Below, in pieces: positions 27,043-40,589 of a stretch of DNA of 64,000 nt. The position numbers and the translations under genes are program-made. Numbering within the stretch: the first letter of the stretch is position 1; every line of letters starts with the position of its first letter. The stretch covers positions 81,809-145,808 of the forward strand of contig CAMWON010000001.1 of NCBI GenBank assembly GCA_947175875.1. Reading direction: 5' to 3'. The notes under the pieces were generated by a model. That model was not told the origin of the DNA, ran no database searches, and worked only from the letters and a program-made list of their open reading frames with translations. Source of the stretch: an uncultured Alphaproteobacteria bacterium. GTDB taxonomy: Bacteria > Pseudomonadota > Alphaproteobacteria > Rs-D84.

Positions 27043-28944
27043 ATGAAATCTTTTACACACATTTTGTTGGTGGCACTGATGCTGGGGCCGTGTGGCGCCG
27101 CGTTTGCAGCCGCACCGTTGTCAGGTACGTTGGGCAGTAATTTAACCGCCTATAATCCGAACGGCGGGGTAATGAACAATAATGAGTGGAACTCCATGAT
27201 GAACAGTCGCAGTGGGTCCGGCGCGGCCGCCACGGCGGACTTTGGAAATTGTAATTCGGTTATTCTGCGGTGTGCATCACCAAAATGTGCAAACGGCGGA
27301 TGCACGTCGATTGATGTTGCGATGCCGATTGTTGCGGGTTGCGTTGCGTCAAACGCTGCATGCAAACAGTATGGCGATGAATTGACCCAGTATATCGCGG
27401 CCCAGCTGGTTGCAAATTCAACGGCAAAAACAAACGCACAGATGGCGGCGGCGCAAAATGCCGCGGCCGAACAAAGCGCCATGCAAATGCAACAGATGCA
27501 GGCCCAGATGCAGCAGATGCAGGCGGACATGGCCGCACAGAATGCCCAGCAGATTGCGCAGTTGCAGTCTGCACTGGAAGAACAACAGCGCGCGACCGAG
27601 GCCGCCCGTGCCGAAGCGGCGGCCGCCGCCACCGCGGCGTCAAACGCCGCCCAGTCGTCTGCCACGGTTACCGCGCCGGTTTCCGCCGCCACCACCACGG
27701 CATCGTCCGGCGCCACCCCCACAACGGTTATGGAGGGGTTGTCCGAGGCGCAGCGTATCGCCGCCAATGCCGGCGTATCCGCCGATATATTGGCCCGCGA
27801 ACAGGTCGCCGGCCAGATTATGACGTCGCTGGAACGGGCCCAGGTCAATTTGAACAAGGCCAAGGCGGCGATGCAGAACGCATTTTCGTATGCCGGGTGC
27901 ACAACATCGGGCGACAACTGTGTCGGACCAAAGCGCGTGTCTGTTTTCCGCCAAAAGGCGATGGAGTTTTTCGAACCGTATGACGCGGTTCTGGACGAAT
28001 TGTATGACGCACTGGTTACGGCCCAGTCCGTCGGTGTTGATATTACCGATATTTACATGATGTTAAACGGCAGCTGTAACGTCTGGGGCGAGTATCTGTG
28101 TAATGGCGGTACGGTGTTGGATAATTCTGGTGCCGGAAATACGGAAAAAGTTTGTAAAACAACGACTGATGCAACAGGCAAAGAAACCACAACATGTGAA
28201 ACGGTCACGAAAAGTTCCACGCAGTCCGGCGGGAACATGGTTTGGGCTAAATATGATAAAGACAGCTGCCCGGTTAATGGCGGACAATCGAAAAAGTATG
28301 GTTGGTCGCGCGGTTTAAACAAGGAGTGTTATCAAGACACAACCATCCCGCCCGAAGATTCAACGGCCTGTACACTTAACCGTACACTGACGGATATGGA
28401 TTATGTTCAGCGCAATTTCCTGTTTGCCGAAGCGGGCGATATAGACGAACACGTTCGTATCGGATGCGCGTCGTCTGCGCTGGAAAACAGCAAGTTCTTC
28501 CGCAACCGCAAAAAGGGCTCCAGCATTGATATTGAGACACTGGAACGCATCGTTTCCCAGGATGCGCCGGCAATGTTCGGTTCCAACCGATTTGGCGCCT
28601 CAAGCGACCCGGCGATTGACGGTCCGAAATACTGTGCGGTCAATGCCACCAGCTATATGGATTTGCAAAAGGCGGCATCGCTGAAAAAACTGCCCGCGCG
28701 CGTCTGCGTCAGTGACAAGTCGCTGGCCGCAAATCTGTCGGCGAACGGATTGCTGTCCATGTCCGATATCGATGCGATGATAAAGGCGGGCGGAAACAGC
28801 AACAGCTCCGGCGTGACGGGTAATACGGACCCGAAATATTCGGACAAGGAAACTTGCAATAAATGGCAGGGCGAATGGAGTAATGGCGCCTGCAAGTGCG
28901 ACGGCAAAAAACAATGGTGGAACGGTGTTTGTGTTTTCAGATAA
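27043..28944 (+). CDS. Secreted Cys-rich protein (633 aa) with a Met/Gln-rich coiled-coil segment
   Basis: Signal peptide MKSFTHILLVALMLGPCGAAFA. An N-terminal Cys cluster (CNSVILRCASPKCANGGC) is followed by MQMQQMQAQMQQMQADMAAQNAQQIAQLQ and then Ala/Thr-rich and Cys-rich C-terminal domains. Confidence 0.65.
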   Translation: MKSFTHILLVALMLGPCGAAFAAAPLSGTLGSNLTAYNPNGGVMNNNEWNSMMNSRSGSGAAATADFGNCNSVILRCASPKCANGGCTSIDVAMPIVAGCVASNAACKQYGDELTQYIAAQLVANSTAKTNAQMAAAQNAAAEQSAMQMQQMQAQMQQMQADMAAQNAQQIAQLQSALEEQQRATEAARAEAAAAATAASNAAQSSATVTAPVSAATTTASSGATPTTVMEGLSEAQRIAANAGVSADILAREQVAGQIMTSLERAQVNLNKAKAAMQNAFSYAGCTTSGDNCVGPKRVSVFRQKAMEFFEPYDAVLDELYDALVTAQSVGVDITDIYMMLNGSCNVWGEYLCNGGTVLDNSGAGNTEKVCKTTTDATGKETTTCETVTKSSTQSGGNMVWAKYDKDSCPVNGGQSKKYGWSRGLNKECYQDTTIPPEDSTACTLNRTLTDMDYVQRNFLFAEAGDIDEHVRIGCASSALENSKFFRNRKKGSSIDIETLERIVSQDAPAMFGSNRFGASSDPAIDGPKYCAVNATSYMDLQKAASLKKLPARVCVSDKSLAANLSANGLLSMSDIDAMIKAGGNSNSSGVTGNTDPKYSDKETCNKWQGEWSNGACKCDGKKQWWNGVCVFR

Positions 28945-29779
28945 ATCAGAAACGAGGATAAGAAAATTACGCATCGCGCGCATTTTGACGGCGTCGCTGG
29001 TCTGTGCCGTGTTGACCGGGCCGGCACTGGCCGACGATGGCTGCGAGAACGAGTCCAATGACCGTATCGCACCGGAATTGGCATTGTGCAGTGTTCATGC
29101 ATATAACATCGGCATATCCACAAACCCGGCCGGCGCAGACAAGCAGCTGATGAAGGAAATCGTCGCGCTGAAAACCACCATTATCACCCAGCAGATGAAT
29201 AAACAATACGAATACATGGATGCCATGATTCGCCGCTTTAAGACCCAGCTGGAAAAAGCGGTTCTGACGACCAAGCTCCAGGCGGCCGGTGCCGCGCCGA
29301 CCAATACTGGGGGCTCTTCATCGTCCGGCGGGTCTTCTTATGGCGGCTCCGGCGGGAGTGGTGGCGGCCGCGCCAACAACGGCCTGGCCAATGCCGAAGA
29401 CTGTATGAACTCATATACGAATTATTCGGATACGTATCAGTGTCTGTTGCGCAATGTCGCAAAAATATCGTCTGCGGTGACATCGGGCGATTTGGGAATG
29501 GCGCGTCGCCAACTGGCCACCGATTTGACAACATTGGGCAGTTATAACCGTTTGGCCATAAGCTGTGGCCAGAATCAACAGAATTGCAGCGTGAACGTGC
29601 CGTGTCAGAACGCATTGTCGGAAAAAGATGCCAATGGTAAAAATACAACATGTGCAACCGCCAAAAGCAGTGGCGGCCGTCGTGACGATATCACCGCGTG
29701 TATCGGCCAGATGCGCGCATGTATTGTTGCAAATAACGAGGCTTTGTCGAATAATTCGAACCAGCAGTCACGCCCGTAA
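28925..29779 (+). CDS. Secreted protein with a Gly/Ser-rich linker and a Cys-rich C-terminus; start uncertain (GTG 28925/28931 or TTG 28985)
   Basis: Signal-like ...RKLRIARILTASLVCAVLTGPALA then DDGCENE. GGSSSSGGSSYGGSGGSGGG linker. 11 Cys in total. Confidence 0.5.
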   Translation: MFVFSDKSETRIRKLRIARILTASLVCAVLTGPALADDGCENESNDRIAPELALCSVHAYNIGISTNPAGADKQLMKEIVALKTTIITQQMNKQYEYMDAMIRRFKTQLEKAVLTTKLQAAGAAPTNTGGSSSSGGSSYGGSGGSGGGRANNGLANAEDCMNSYTNYSDTYQCLLRNVAKISSAVTSGDLGMARRQLATDLTTLGSYNRLAISCGQNQQNCSVNVPCQNALSEKDANGKNTTCATAKSSGGRRDDITACIGQMRACIVANNEALSNNSNQQSRP

Positions 29780-29832
29780 AAAATTCTGGACAAGCGGAAA
29801 AAAATACTTTAATATATGCTCCGCACGGTTTC

Positions 29833-29909
29833 GGATGTTTAGCTCAGTTGATTAGAGCATCTCGTTTACACCGAGAGGGTCGGGGGTTTGAGTCCCTCAA
29901 CATCCACCA
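29833..29909 (+). tRNA. tRNA-Val (anticodon TAC)
   Basis: Cloverleaf with acceptor stem GGATGTT/AACATCC, anticodon loop TTTACAC, T-arm GGGGGTTTGAGTCCCTC and an encoded CCA. Confidence 0.9.
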
Positions 29910-29916
29910 AAAATAC

Positions 29917-29940
29917 AACGCCCATTACGGGCGTTTTATT
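29917..29940 (+). terminator. Terminator after tRNA-Val (GCCCattacGGGC + T-run)
   Basis: Read directly. Confidence 0.6.
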
Positions 29941-30016
29941 TTTGATAATTTTTCCCTTTGATTTTCATTCGTATTGTATATAGTTGTGCGGCTTTAACAA
30001 AAAATGGACATGGAAA

Positions 30017-30280
30017 ATGAAAGAAAAGACAAAACAGGATATCAAGGAATGGTTTCAATTATTGGGCTTGGCCGCGGCCGGTGGGATAGTCGTGTTTCAC
30101 GTGAACTCCTTTTTTAAACCGTCTACCGCCAACAAGGACGCCGCCACACACGGCATAGAGCGTATTATTGAAAAGGCCGACACCATCGTTCCGCGCGACA
30201 GCATAACGGCAATGAACCGTATGCGCGCCGCCCAGGAAGTGTTTTTTGACAGTATGCGCCACAATCTGCCGACGCGTTAA
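30017..30280 (+). CDS. Small single-TM membrane protein, hypothetical
   Basis: MKEKTKQDIKEWFQLLGLAAAGGIVVF... lies in an AT-rich stretch after the tRNA. Confidence 0.35.
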   Translation: MKEKTKQDIKEWFQLLGLAAAGGIVVFHVNSFFKPSTANKDAATHGIERIIEKADTIVPRDSITAMNRMRAAQEVFFDSMRHNLPTR

Positions 30281-30355
30281 TAAGGCAAAATATAATTTTG
30301 TTTTTATAAAAAATATTGTAAAATATTTTTCGTGTTAAGAGTTTAAGGAGAAAAC

Positions 30356-31003
30356 ATGAAACAAATTGCTATTTTTGTCGCGGCGGCGGCTGTTCTGGCC
30401 GGGTGCACGACTGTGAACCCCTATACGGGCCAGTCCCAGACGTCCAAGGCCGTATGGGGCACCGCAATTGGTACCGCGGCCGGTGCGGCGACAGGTGCGC
30501 TGGTATCCAAAAATCATGGCGCGGGTGCGATTGTGGGCGGTCTGGCCGGTGCGGCTGTTGGTGGCGGCGTCGGATATTATCTGGACGTTCAAGAGGCGGA
30601 ACTTCGCCAAGAATTGGCATCGACCGGTGTTGGGGTTGAGCGTACCAATGACAGCATTCGTTTGATTATGCCGGGCAATATCACGTTTAAGACCGATTCT
30701 TCGGATATCAACGCCAATTTCTATGCGACGTTGAATTCCGTGGCCAAGGTTTTAAAGAAATACAGCAATTCAACCGTAATGGTTTCCGGCTACACCGACA
30801 GCACGGGCAGCATGGAATACAACCAGAACTTGTCGCGCAGTCGTGCGTCGGCGGTCGCCGCATACCTGCAGGGCCAGGGTGTCGCTGCCAACCGGTTTGA
30901 AATTTTGGGCATGGGCCCGTCAAACCCGATTGCGTCGAACGACACGGCCGCGGGTCGCGCCCAGAACCGTCGCGTGGAAATCAAGATTATTCCGAACAAA
31001 TAA
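30356..31003 (+). CDS. OmpA-family lipoprotein (glycine-zipper N-region plus OmpA C-terminal domain)
   Basis: Lipobox LAGCTT. Gly-zipper GTAIGTAAGAATGALV...GGLAGAAVGGGVGYY. OmpA-C motifs (SGYTDSTGSMEYNQNLSRSRASAVAAYL...NRRVEIKI). Confidence 0.8.
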   Translation: MKQIAIFVAAAAVLAGCTTVNPYTGQSQTSKAVWGTAIGTAAGAATGALVSKNHGAGAIVGGLAGAAVGGGVGYYLDVQEAELRQELASTGVGVERTNDSIRLIMPGNITFKTDSSDINANFYATLNSVAKVLKKYSNSTVMVSGYTDSTGSMEYNQNLSRSRASAVAAYLQGQGVAANRFEILGMGPSNPIASNDTAAGRAQNRRVEIKIIPNK

Positions 31004-31021
31004 TCTTTGCGCTTGCAAAAA

Positions 31022-31049
31022 AACAGCCGCCCTATGGCGGTTGTTTTTT
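31022..31049 (+). terminator. Terminator (AACAGCCGCC-ctat-GGCGGTTGTT + T-run)
   Basis: Read directly. Confidence 0.6.
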
Positions 31050-31111
31050 AGCCATGATAAAATCCCCCACAAATCTCTTTCAGCTTTTTGGTGCCGCAGG
31101 GATTGATAATA

Positions 31112-31951
31112 TTATGCCGCGAATTTAAGAAGCCGGTCGTCGTTTGCAATAACGGCATATCGATTGCGAATAAATATGCGGCGATATAAAGGCCGGCCGT
31201 TTAGTATCACCCCTGTTTTTGTCGTTGTAAAATCTTTGTCCATCCCCAGTACTTCAAATTTATCGGAATCGTAATCCAGCAAAAATGTAACGGGCACCCC
31301 CATTATTCCTGTATAGTCCGTCGGTATTTCTTTTATCTTGTTAACATTTATCGCATCGGCGTTATCGTATTTTGGATAATGTGCTTCATGCCCGTAATAT
31401 CGGCTGTGCGGCGCGCGGGCATTCTTTTTGCGATTTGTCGCCAGATTTGTGAACCAGCATATGTTGCCAAACTTTTTTAAGCGCCCGTCGGGATGTATAA
31501 ATACTCTGGGATACGTGCAGCCGGTGCGCACCTTGTTGGCGCGTATCAAAGAAAATGTCTGTTCGTATGCGACGGCGTTCATGTTTCCGATAATCAAAAA
31601 ACGTTTGTCATGCGCGGCCAGCAGGTCCATAAATTCCCGAAACAAGGAAAAAGGCGGATTTGTGACGATGACGTCCGCCCGTTTCAGCAATTCAACCGAT
31701 GCCGCACTGCGAAAGTCATCCCCGCCCCGGCCGCCGCTGAACCACACGTCACGGATTTTGCCGGCGGCCTTTAATTCCATAAAGTATTTCACAAACGCAC
31801 TGTCCGCGGTGTCACAGTTGCAATAAATGGTCTTATTAAAAAAATGCGACAGGTAATTGTCGCATTCTTTCCGTACATCCTCGTAACGCGTATAAAATTC
31901 GTCATTTTTGACCGCGCGGGCCCGGTGCAAGTTTGCGCTTTTTGCTGACAT
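31112..31951 (-). CDS. Orphan N6-adenine DNA methyltransferase of the EcoRI-methylase-like family
   Basis: N-terminal KNDEFYTRYEDV motif and catalytic IVTNPPFS (D/N-PP-F) motif. GC is lower than neighbouring genes. No adjacent restriction endonuclease. Confidence 0.65.
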   Translation of the reverse strand: MSAKSANLHRARAVKNDEFYTRYEDVRKECDNYLSHFFNKTIYCNCDTADSAFVKYFMELKAAGKIRDVWFSGGRGGDDFRSAASVELLKRADVIVTNPPFSLFREFMDLLAAHDKRFLIIGNMNAVAYEQTFSLIRANKVRTGCTYPRVFIHPDGRLKKFGNICWFTNLATNRKKNARAPHSRYYGHEAHYPKYDNADAINVNKIKEIPTDYTGIMGVPVTFLLDYDSDKFEVLGMDKDFTTTKTGVILNGRPLYRRIFIRNRYAVIANDDRLLKFAA

Positions 31952-32103
31952 GGTGCCTCTCTCCTGTTTAAATAAAAAAAAAGCCCCGCAAATGCGGGGA
32001 AATAAAAAACGGACAGATTTACCTGTCCGCGGATATGAATACTATATCAAAAATCGCCCCAAAAAGCAATAGAAAACGCCCCGACCGGGGCGTTTATGCA
32101 TTT

Positions 32104-33450
32104 TTACGGGCACTGGGCCAGCTGGTTTAACACATTTTGTACGTCTGTGTTAATGGATACCGTTATCTCGCGCTGCAGGCCGTCTATATATGTATAGTCG
32201 AATTTAGACTCGGCAAATTCCGGTGCGGCCGCATATGCGTCGCGGAACGGGGCCAGCATCGCCGTAAACCACTGGCGCCCACGGCACAGACATCCGTTTC
32301 GAACGTCCGCCGCAACGGCTGCGGTGGCGGTGTTGGGGTATTTTGCGTCAAATTCCGCATCCGTCATCATCAGACAGCGGTTGCCCAGACCGTAAAAGTT
32401 CGCGTCATCGGCCAGGAATTTGTAAACCAGGCCGTCGGATGCGCCGGCTTTCTTTAAAGAATACGCCATTCCGTCGGTACAACATGCCTGGGCGCTGCGC
32501 ATCAGCATCTTGTATCTGTCCAGCAGCGGTGCCGCCGTCGGGTCGGTCGCGGTAATGTTTTTGTTGCATTTCGCTTTTGCGATAAACGCATCCAGCAATT
32601 CCGGGCGCAGTTTATTGCTGCGCGGGGCGACTGTTTCGCGAACCATGGGCTTGCGCCGCCATATTTCACATTCCGTTTCAGAATCAAACGGGCATCCGTC
32701 GCCGCCAAAGGCAATCGCGATTACGTTTGTCATATCCTGGGCCACATATTGGGGCTTTGGCGCCGGCATGTTCATGTTGTTCACGACCAGCGTGTCCGTC
32801 CACAGGTTCTCGGCCGGCTTTTGCGGGGCCAATAATTCTTCAACGCGCGCGCGCGTGGTGGCCGCATCGGCCATGTTTTGATTATACAGCTCTATCGCAT
32901 CCACTGATTCGGTTGCCACCGCCGGTGCGGTGCCGTATTGTGCAAAGACCGATTCGGCCGGACTGTCAATCTCGCGCAGGTAAATTTCCGGCGCCGGTTC
33001 CAGATACCAGTCGCTGAAATCCTTTTTCTTGTAATTTACAATCGAATCGTCCCAAATCGGCACGCCGTCGCGCCAATCGACCGTTTTGTCGTATCCGCGG
33101 GCCTTGTAATTGCCGTTTGTCCCGTCATACAGGGCGGGGCGGGTGTCTTCCGGCACCGGCTTTATGCTTAATGTCTTTATATTACGCATCGGCACCGCGC
33201 CTGCATATATATATTGCGGTCGTGGCGCGTATGCCGGCGCCGACGGTACGGTGTTCATAACCGGGGCCGCAGGCTGGACGGCCGTAACAGTCGTCGTTTC
33301 CTCTATCACGCCCAGAACCGTCGGCTCTGCCGCAACCGGTGCAATATCACAACCGGCGCCGACACATTCCGAGCCGTGCGCCATCGCCACCGGACACATC
33401 AGCGCCAGGGACGTCAAAATAACAAGTCTTCCTTTCATAATACGAATCAT
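32104..33450 (-). CDS. Secreted hypothetical protein (~445 aa, 14 Cys)
   Basis: Signal peptide M(IRIM)KGRLVILTSLALMCPVAMA. The ORF-track start at 33585 has no SD and runs through a repeat-rich leader, so the downstream start is preferred. Confidence 0.5.
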   Translation of the reverse strand: MIRIMKGRLVILTSLALMCPVAMAHGSECVGAGCDIAPVAAEPTVLGVIEETTTVTAVQPAAPVMNTVPSAPAYAPRPQYIYAGAVPMRNIKTLSIKPVPEDTRPALYDGTNGNYKARGYDKTVDWRDGVPIWDDSIVNYKKKDFSDWYLEPAPEIYLREIDSPAESVFAQYGTAPAVATESVDAIELYNQNMADAATTRARVEELLAPQKPAENLWTDTLVVNNMNMPAPKPQYVAQDMTNVIAIAFGGDGCPFDSETECEIWRRKPMVRETVAPRSNKLRPELLDAFIAKAKCNKNITATDPTAAPLLDRYKMLMRSAQACCTDGMAYSLKKAGASDGLVYKFLADDANFYGLGNRCLMMTDAEFDAKYPNTATAAVAADVRNGCLCRGRQWFTAMLAPFRDAYAAAPEFAESKFDYTYIDGLQREITVSINTDVQNVLNQLAQCP

Positions 33451-33709
33451 ATCACAAAAAAGGGCCTTTTTAAAACATAAAAATGCCAAAAAGACGAATC
33501 GAATGACCGAATCAGGTATATTTGGGGTTCTTATATGCCTCCTCTGAATCGGTTTTTTCGCCGAATCCGAATCAATTTTTGCCAAAAAAAGCCCCCGGCC
33601 AAAAAAAAATTAAAAAAAATCATCAGGTAAAAAATCCCGGATTTCCGGCGATTTTTCCTAAAAAATGGGCCGGCCCAAAATTTTTTTGAAATTATTTTTG
33701 AAATTGCGC

Positions 33710-33738
33710 TTGACTTTTCCCAAGTTTGACCGCATACT
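33710..33738 (+). promoter_or_regulatory. Candidate rRNA operon promoter (TTGACT-17-CATACT) with an upstream A/T-rich UP-like element (33681-33705)
   Basis: Read directly about 320 nt upstream of the 16S 5' end. A palindromic terminator-like TGGGCCGGCCCA + T-run lies just upstream. Confidence 0.4.
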
Positions 33739-34059
33739 GTGCGGGCTCTCAAGTTGAGATGAAACGAAAAAAGAAATCTCAACCTCTAGGAAATTCGGCG
33801 GTTCGCAGGTAATTCTGAAAGAAATCGCAACATTGTGAATAAAAGCAGCTCATCAAAAATTCAAGAAGGGATGTGCAGACAGTTGAATTTGGAAATATCC
33901 AAACTTTGACTAAGTCAAATGTGCATATCCTAGACAGGTAGTAGGTTTACATATTAAACCTCGTTAAAAACTTGTCTTGCGAATAATTATATGTAAAGAC
34001 GAACTGATATTAAATGTCAGTGTTGTTTATGCACAGGACTTAAACCACAAGTTTTTTAG

Positions 34060-35560
<1,501 letters not shown>

Positions 35561-35645
35561 ATAGAGAATACCGTTTCCACGAAAACGGTCAAATCCAAAG
35601 CGACTGTCTGAACATCTCTTTTTGAAAATGGGTAAAATTCTGCTG

Positions 35646-35722
35646 GGTCAGTAGTTCAGTTGGTTAGAATGCCGCTCTGATACAGCGGAGGTCGAAGATT
35701 CGAGTTCTTCCTGACCCACCAC
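35646..35722 (+). tRNA. tRNA-Ile (anticodon GAT) in the 16S-23S spacer
   Basis: GGGTCAG...CTGACCC acceptor stem, anticodon loop CTGATAC, encoded CCA. Confidence 0.9.
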
Positions 35723-36021
35723 TTAAATTGATGAGGTTGGAATCAAAAACAAGTGTTTGTTTTTGATTCCAGATGTTCTGATGAATATCTTCGGAATCTG
35801 CTTTTATTAGCAATCATTGTAAATCGGTTTTTAATGTCGTAAATCAAACTTTATGGAAACATGACTTTTGATTTATTGAACATCGTAATCTCAAAAATCT
35901 TTCTAAATAGAGTAATCACGAAAGTGATAATTCAATTAGAGAAGCAAGAATCAACTTAAATGCTTAAAAAACTCATTAAGTTCTTTTGATTGTGTTTGAA
36001 GACTTTCTCTTCAAGCATAAG

Positions 36022-38775
<2,754 letters not shown>

Positions 38776-38849
38776 TCGTTTGACTTATGTCAGACGATTG
38801 CTTGAAGAGAACGTTGACATTGATTCTTGAATCATGTATTATGATGTTC

Positions 38850-38975
38850 GCTGGATTTATTCTGGTGATTATTGAGCGGGAGCCACCCTCTGTTCCATTC
38901 CGAACCAGACAGGGAAACCCCGTATCGCCGATGGTACTTTGGCTTAAGCCACGGAAGAGTAGGTCGTCGCCAGAG
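38850..38975 (+). rRNA. rrf: 5S ribosomal RNA (approximate ends)
   Basis: Conserved CCGAAC...GCCGATGGTAC...GAGAGTAGGTCGTCGCCAG core. Confidence 0.8.
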
Positions 38976-39007
38976 TAAATCCAGTTTCCGATATTAAAAA
39001 CCGATTC

Positions 39008-39033
39008 CACCGCCCATTGGGCGGTTTTTTTTA
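39008..39033 (+). terminator. rRNA operon terminator (CCGCCCattGGGCGG + T8)
   Basis: Read directly. Confidence 0.7.
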
Positions 39034-39078
39034 TTGCTTTTTTTATATCAGAGGATTAAGCTAAAACAAGTTTATTGG

Positions 39079-40158
39079 GAGATATTTATGACGAAAGTAA
39101 TAGCAATGTTTAATCAAAAGGGTGGTGTGGCGAAAACCACGAATACGTTTCAGTTGGGTTGGAAGTTGGCCCGGTTAGGTAAACGTGTTTTATTGGTTGA
39201 TGCTGATCCGCAATGTAATTTAACTGGTCTTGCCTTGGGCATCGGTGATTATGATACCCTGTTCGGATTTTACGACAGTAAAAGAAATAATGATATATTT
39301 TCTGCTTTAGCTCCTGTCTTTAACATGAGTGATATAGAAGGGAATGATATCAGGTCTTATGAAACAACACAGATAATCAAAAATGATAATTTACGTTTGT
39401 TGGCGGGACATGTAAAATTAGCTGAATTTGATATGCAAGTCGCAACGGCGATAACAAGTAGCGCGGGTTTGCCGGTTTTACGTGCGTTGATTGGGGCTTT
39501 TAATAAATTGATTCGCGGAGCTGCGGAAAGAATGGGGGCAGATATTGTGATAATTGATATGAGCCCCAGCATTTCTGCTACAAATATGTGCTTGTTTATG
39601 GGGGCGGATTATTTCATTGTTCCAACTTCTCCTGACTTTTATTGTTATCAAGCAATAGATTCTTTGAGTGAAGTTTTTCCGAAGTGGTCGAAAACGATGT
39701 CAGAATTTAAAAATAATGGAGCGTTACCAAGAGCAAATCCGAAAATGCTTGGTGTGATTTCTTCAAATTATCGTGTTTATACTACCGATAAAAACGCGGA
39801 ACAAAAAACAATGGCGGCAGCATATAAAAAGTGGGACGAAAAGATACGCAATATAATTTTAGCTAAATTGGTTCCGGTGCTTGCTAAAGAGTCAATGATA
39901 ATAGATGAAGCTATTTTCCGTAAGGCCGTGAATTATGATACACCTTATAATTTAGCAAATATACAGGATGTCAATACATTGATAGCAAAATCGCAAGAGT
40001 TATCTAAGCCGGTTTATGAAATTGTTGAAAAAGAATACGGAACCGGAGCGCAGTGGTCGCATATGCAAAAAGGTAAAGAGGTTGGTGCAAAAATAGTTGT
40101 GGAGGAGGTTGACAAGGTATACACAAATATGGCTCAGGCTATTTTAGCTATGATATAA
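39079..40158 (+). CDS. ParA/MinD-family P-loop ATPase (360 aa, extended) in an AT-rich island
   Basis: Deviant Walker A MFNQKGGVAKTT, LLVDADPQ and IIDMSPS motifs. About 38% GC versus about 55% in flanks. Confidence 0.75.
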   Translation, partial: EIFMTKVIAMFNQKGGVAKTTNTFQLGWKLARLGKRVLLVDADPQCNLTGLALGIGDYDTLFGFYDSKRNNDIFSALAPVFNMSDIEGNDIRSYETTQIIKNDNLRLLAGHVKLAEFDMQVATAITSSAGLPVLRALIGAFNKLIRGAAERMGADIVIIDMSPSISATNMCLFMGADYFIVPTSPDFYCYQAIDSLSEVFPKWSKTMSEFKNNGALPRANPKMLGVISSNYRVYTTDKNAEQKTMAAAYKKWDEKIRNIILAKLVPVLAKESMIIDEAIFRKAVNYDTPYNLANIQDVNTLIAKSQELSKPVYEIVEKEYGTGAQWSHMQKGKEVGAKIVVEEVDKVYTNMAQAILAMI

Positions 40159-40349
40159 AGACCTTCGTCCAGTACCAGCCTCAATGGGGCGGGTTTTACA
40201 GTTAAATATTCGCTTAAGAAATGCCCGGGCGTATATCATTGCCGCGTAAATAATACGGTGGATTATGACAAGGCCGTAAAGCGCTTTAACCGCTGCCGTG
40301 GCATATTAAAGCGTCGCGAGACCATAAGCCGAACGCGGGGGAAATAATC

Positions 40350-40589
40350 GTGCCGGATATAATCACAAATATAGATATGCTGCATACCACCCCCATGGGA
40401 ATGATGCGGATACGTCGTAATCTTGGCATAGGTGTCCACAACGTGGTTGAATATTGCCGTGCGCGCATACTGTCGCCGGAATCCGCAATAGAACGCCGTG
40501 GTAAAAATTGGTATATATTGTTGCCTGATTGCGCGATTACGGTTAATGCGTCGTCTTACACAATCATTACGGCGCACAAAGTCCGCTGA
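40350..40589 (+). CDS. DUF3781-like small protein
   Basis: IDMLHTTPMGMMRIRRNLGI...RRGKNWYILLPDCAITVNASSYTIITAHKV matches the DUF3781 signature from memory. GTG start with RBS GGGGGA. Confidence 0.5.
   Translation: MPDIITNIDMLHTTPMGMMRIRRNLGIGVHNVVEYCRARILSPESAIERRGKNWYILLPDCAITVNASSYTIITAHKVR

Noticed and set aside
33451-33585. ORF-track start (MAKIDSDS...) for the secreted protein at 32104
   Set aside because: The upstream extension has no SD and is encoded by the GATTCG repeat array. The signal peptide begins at MIRIMKGRL, so the short form is preferred.
40263-40577. 104-aa minus-strand ORF overlapping the DUF3781-like gene
   Set aside because: The plus-strand frame carries the recognisable HTTPMG..RIRRNL / RRGKNWYI...TVNASSYTIITAHK signature; the antisense frame does not.
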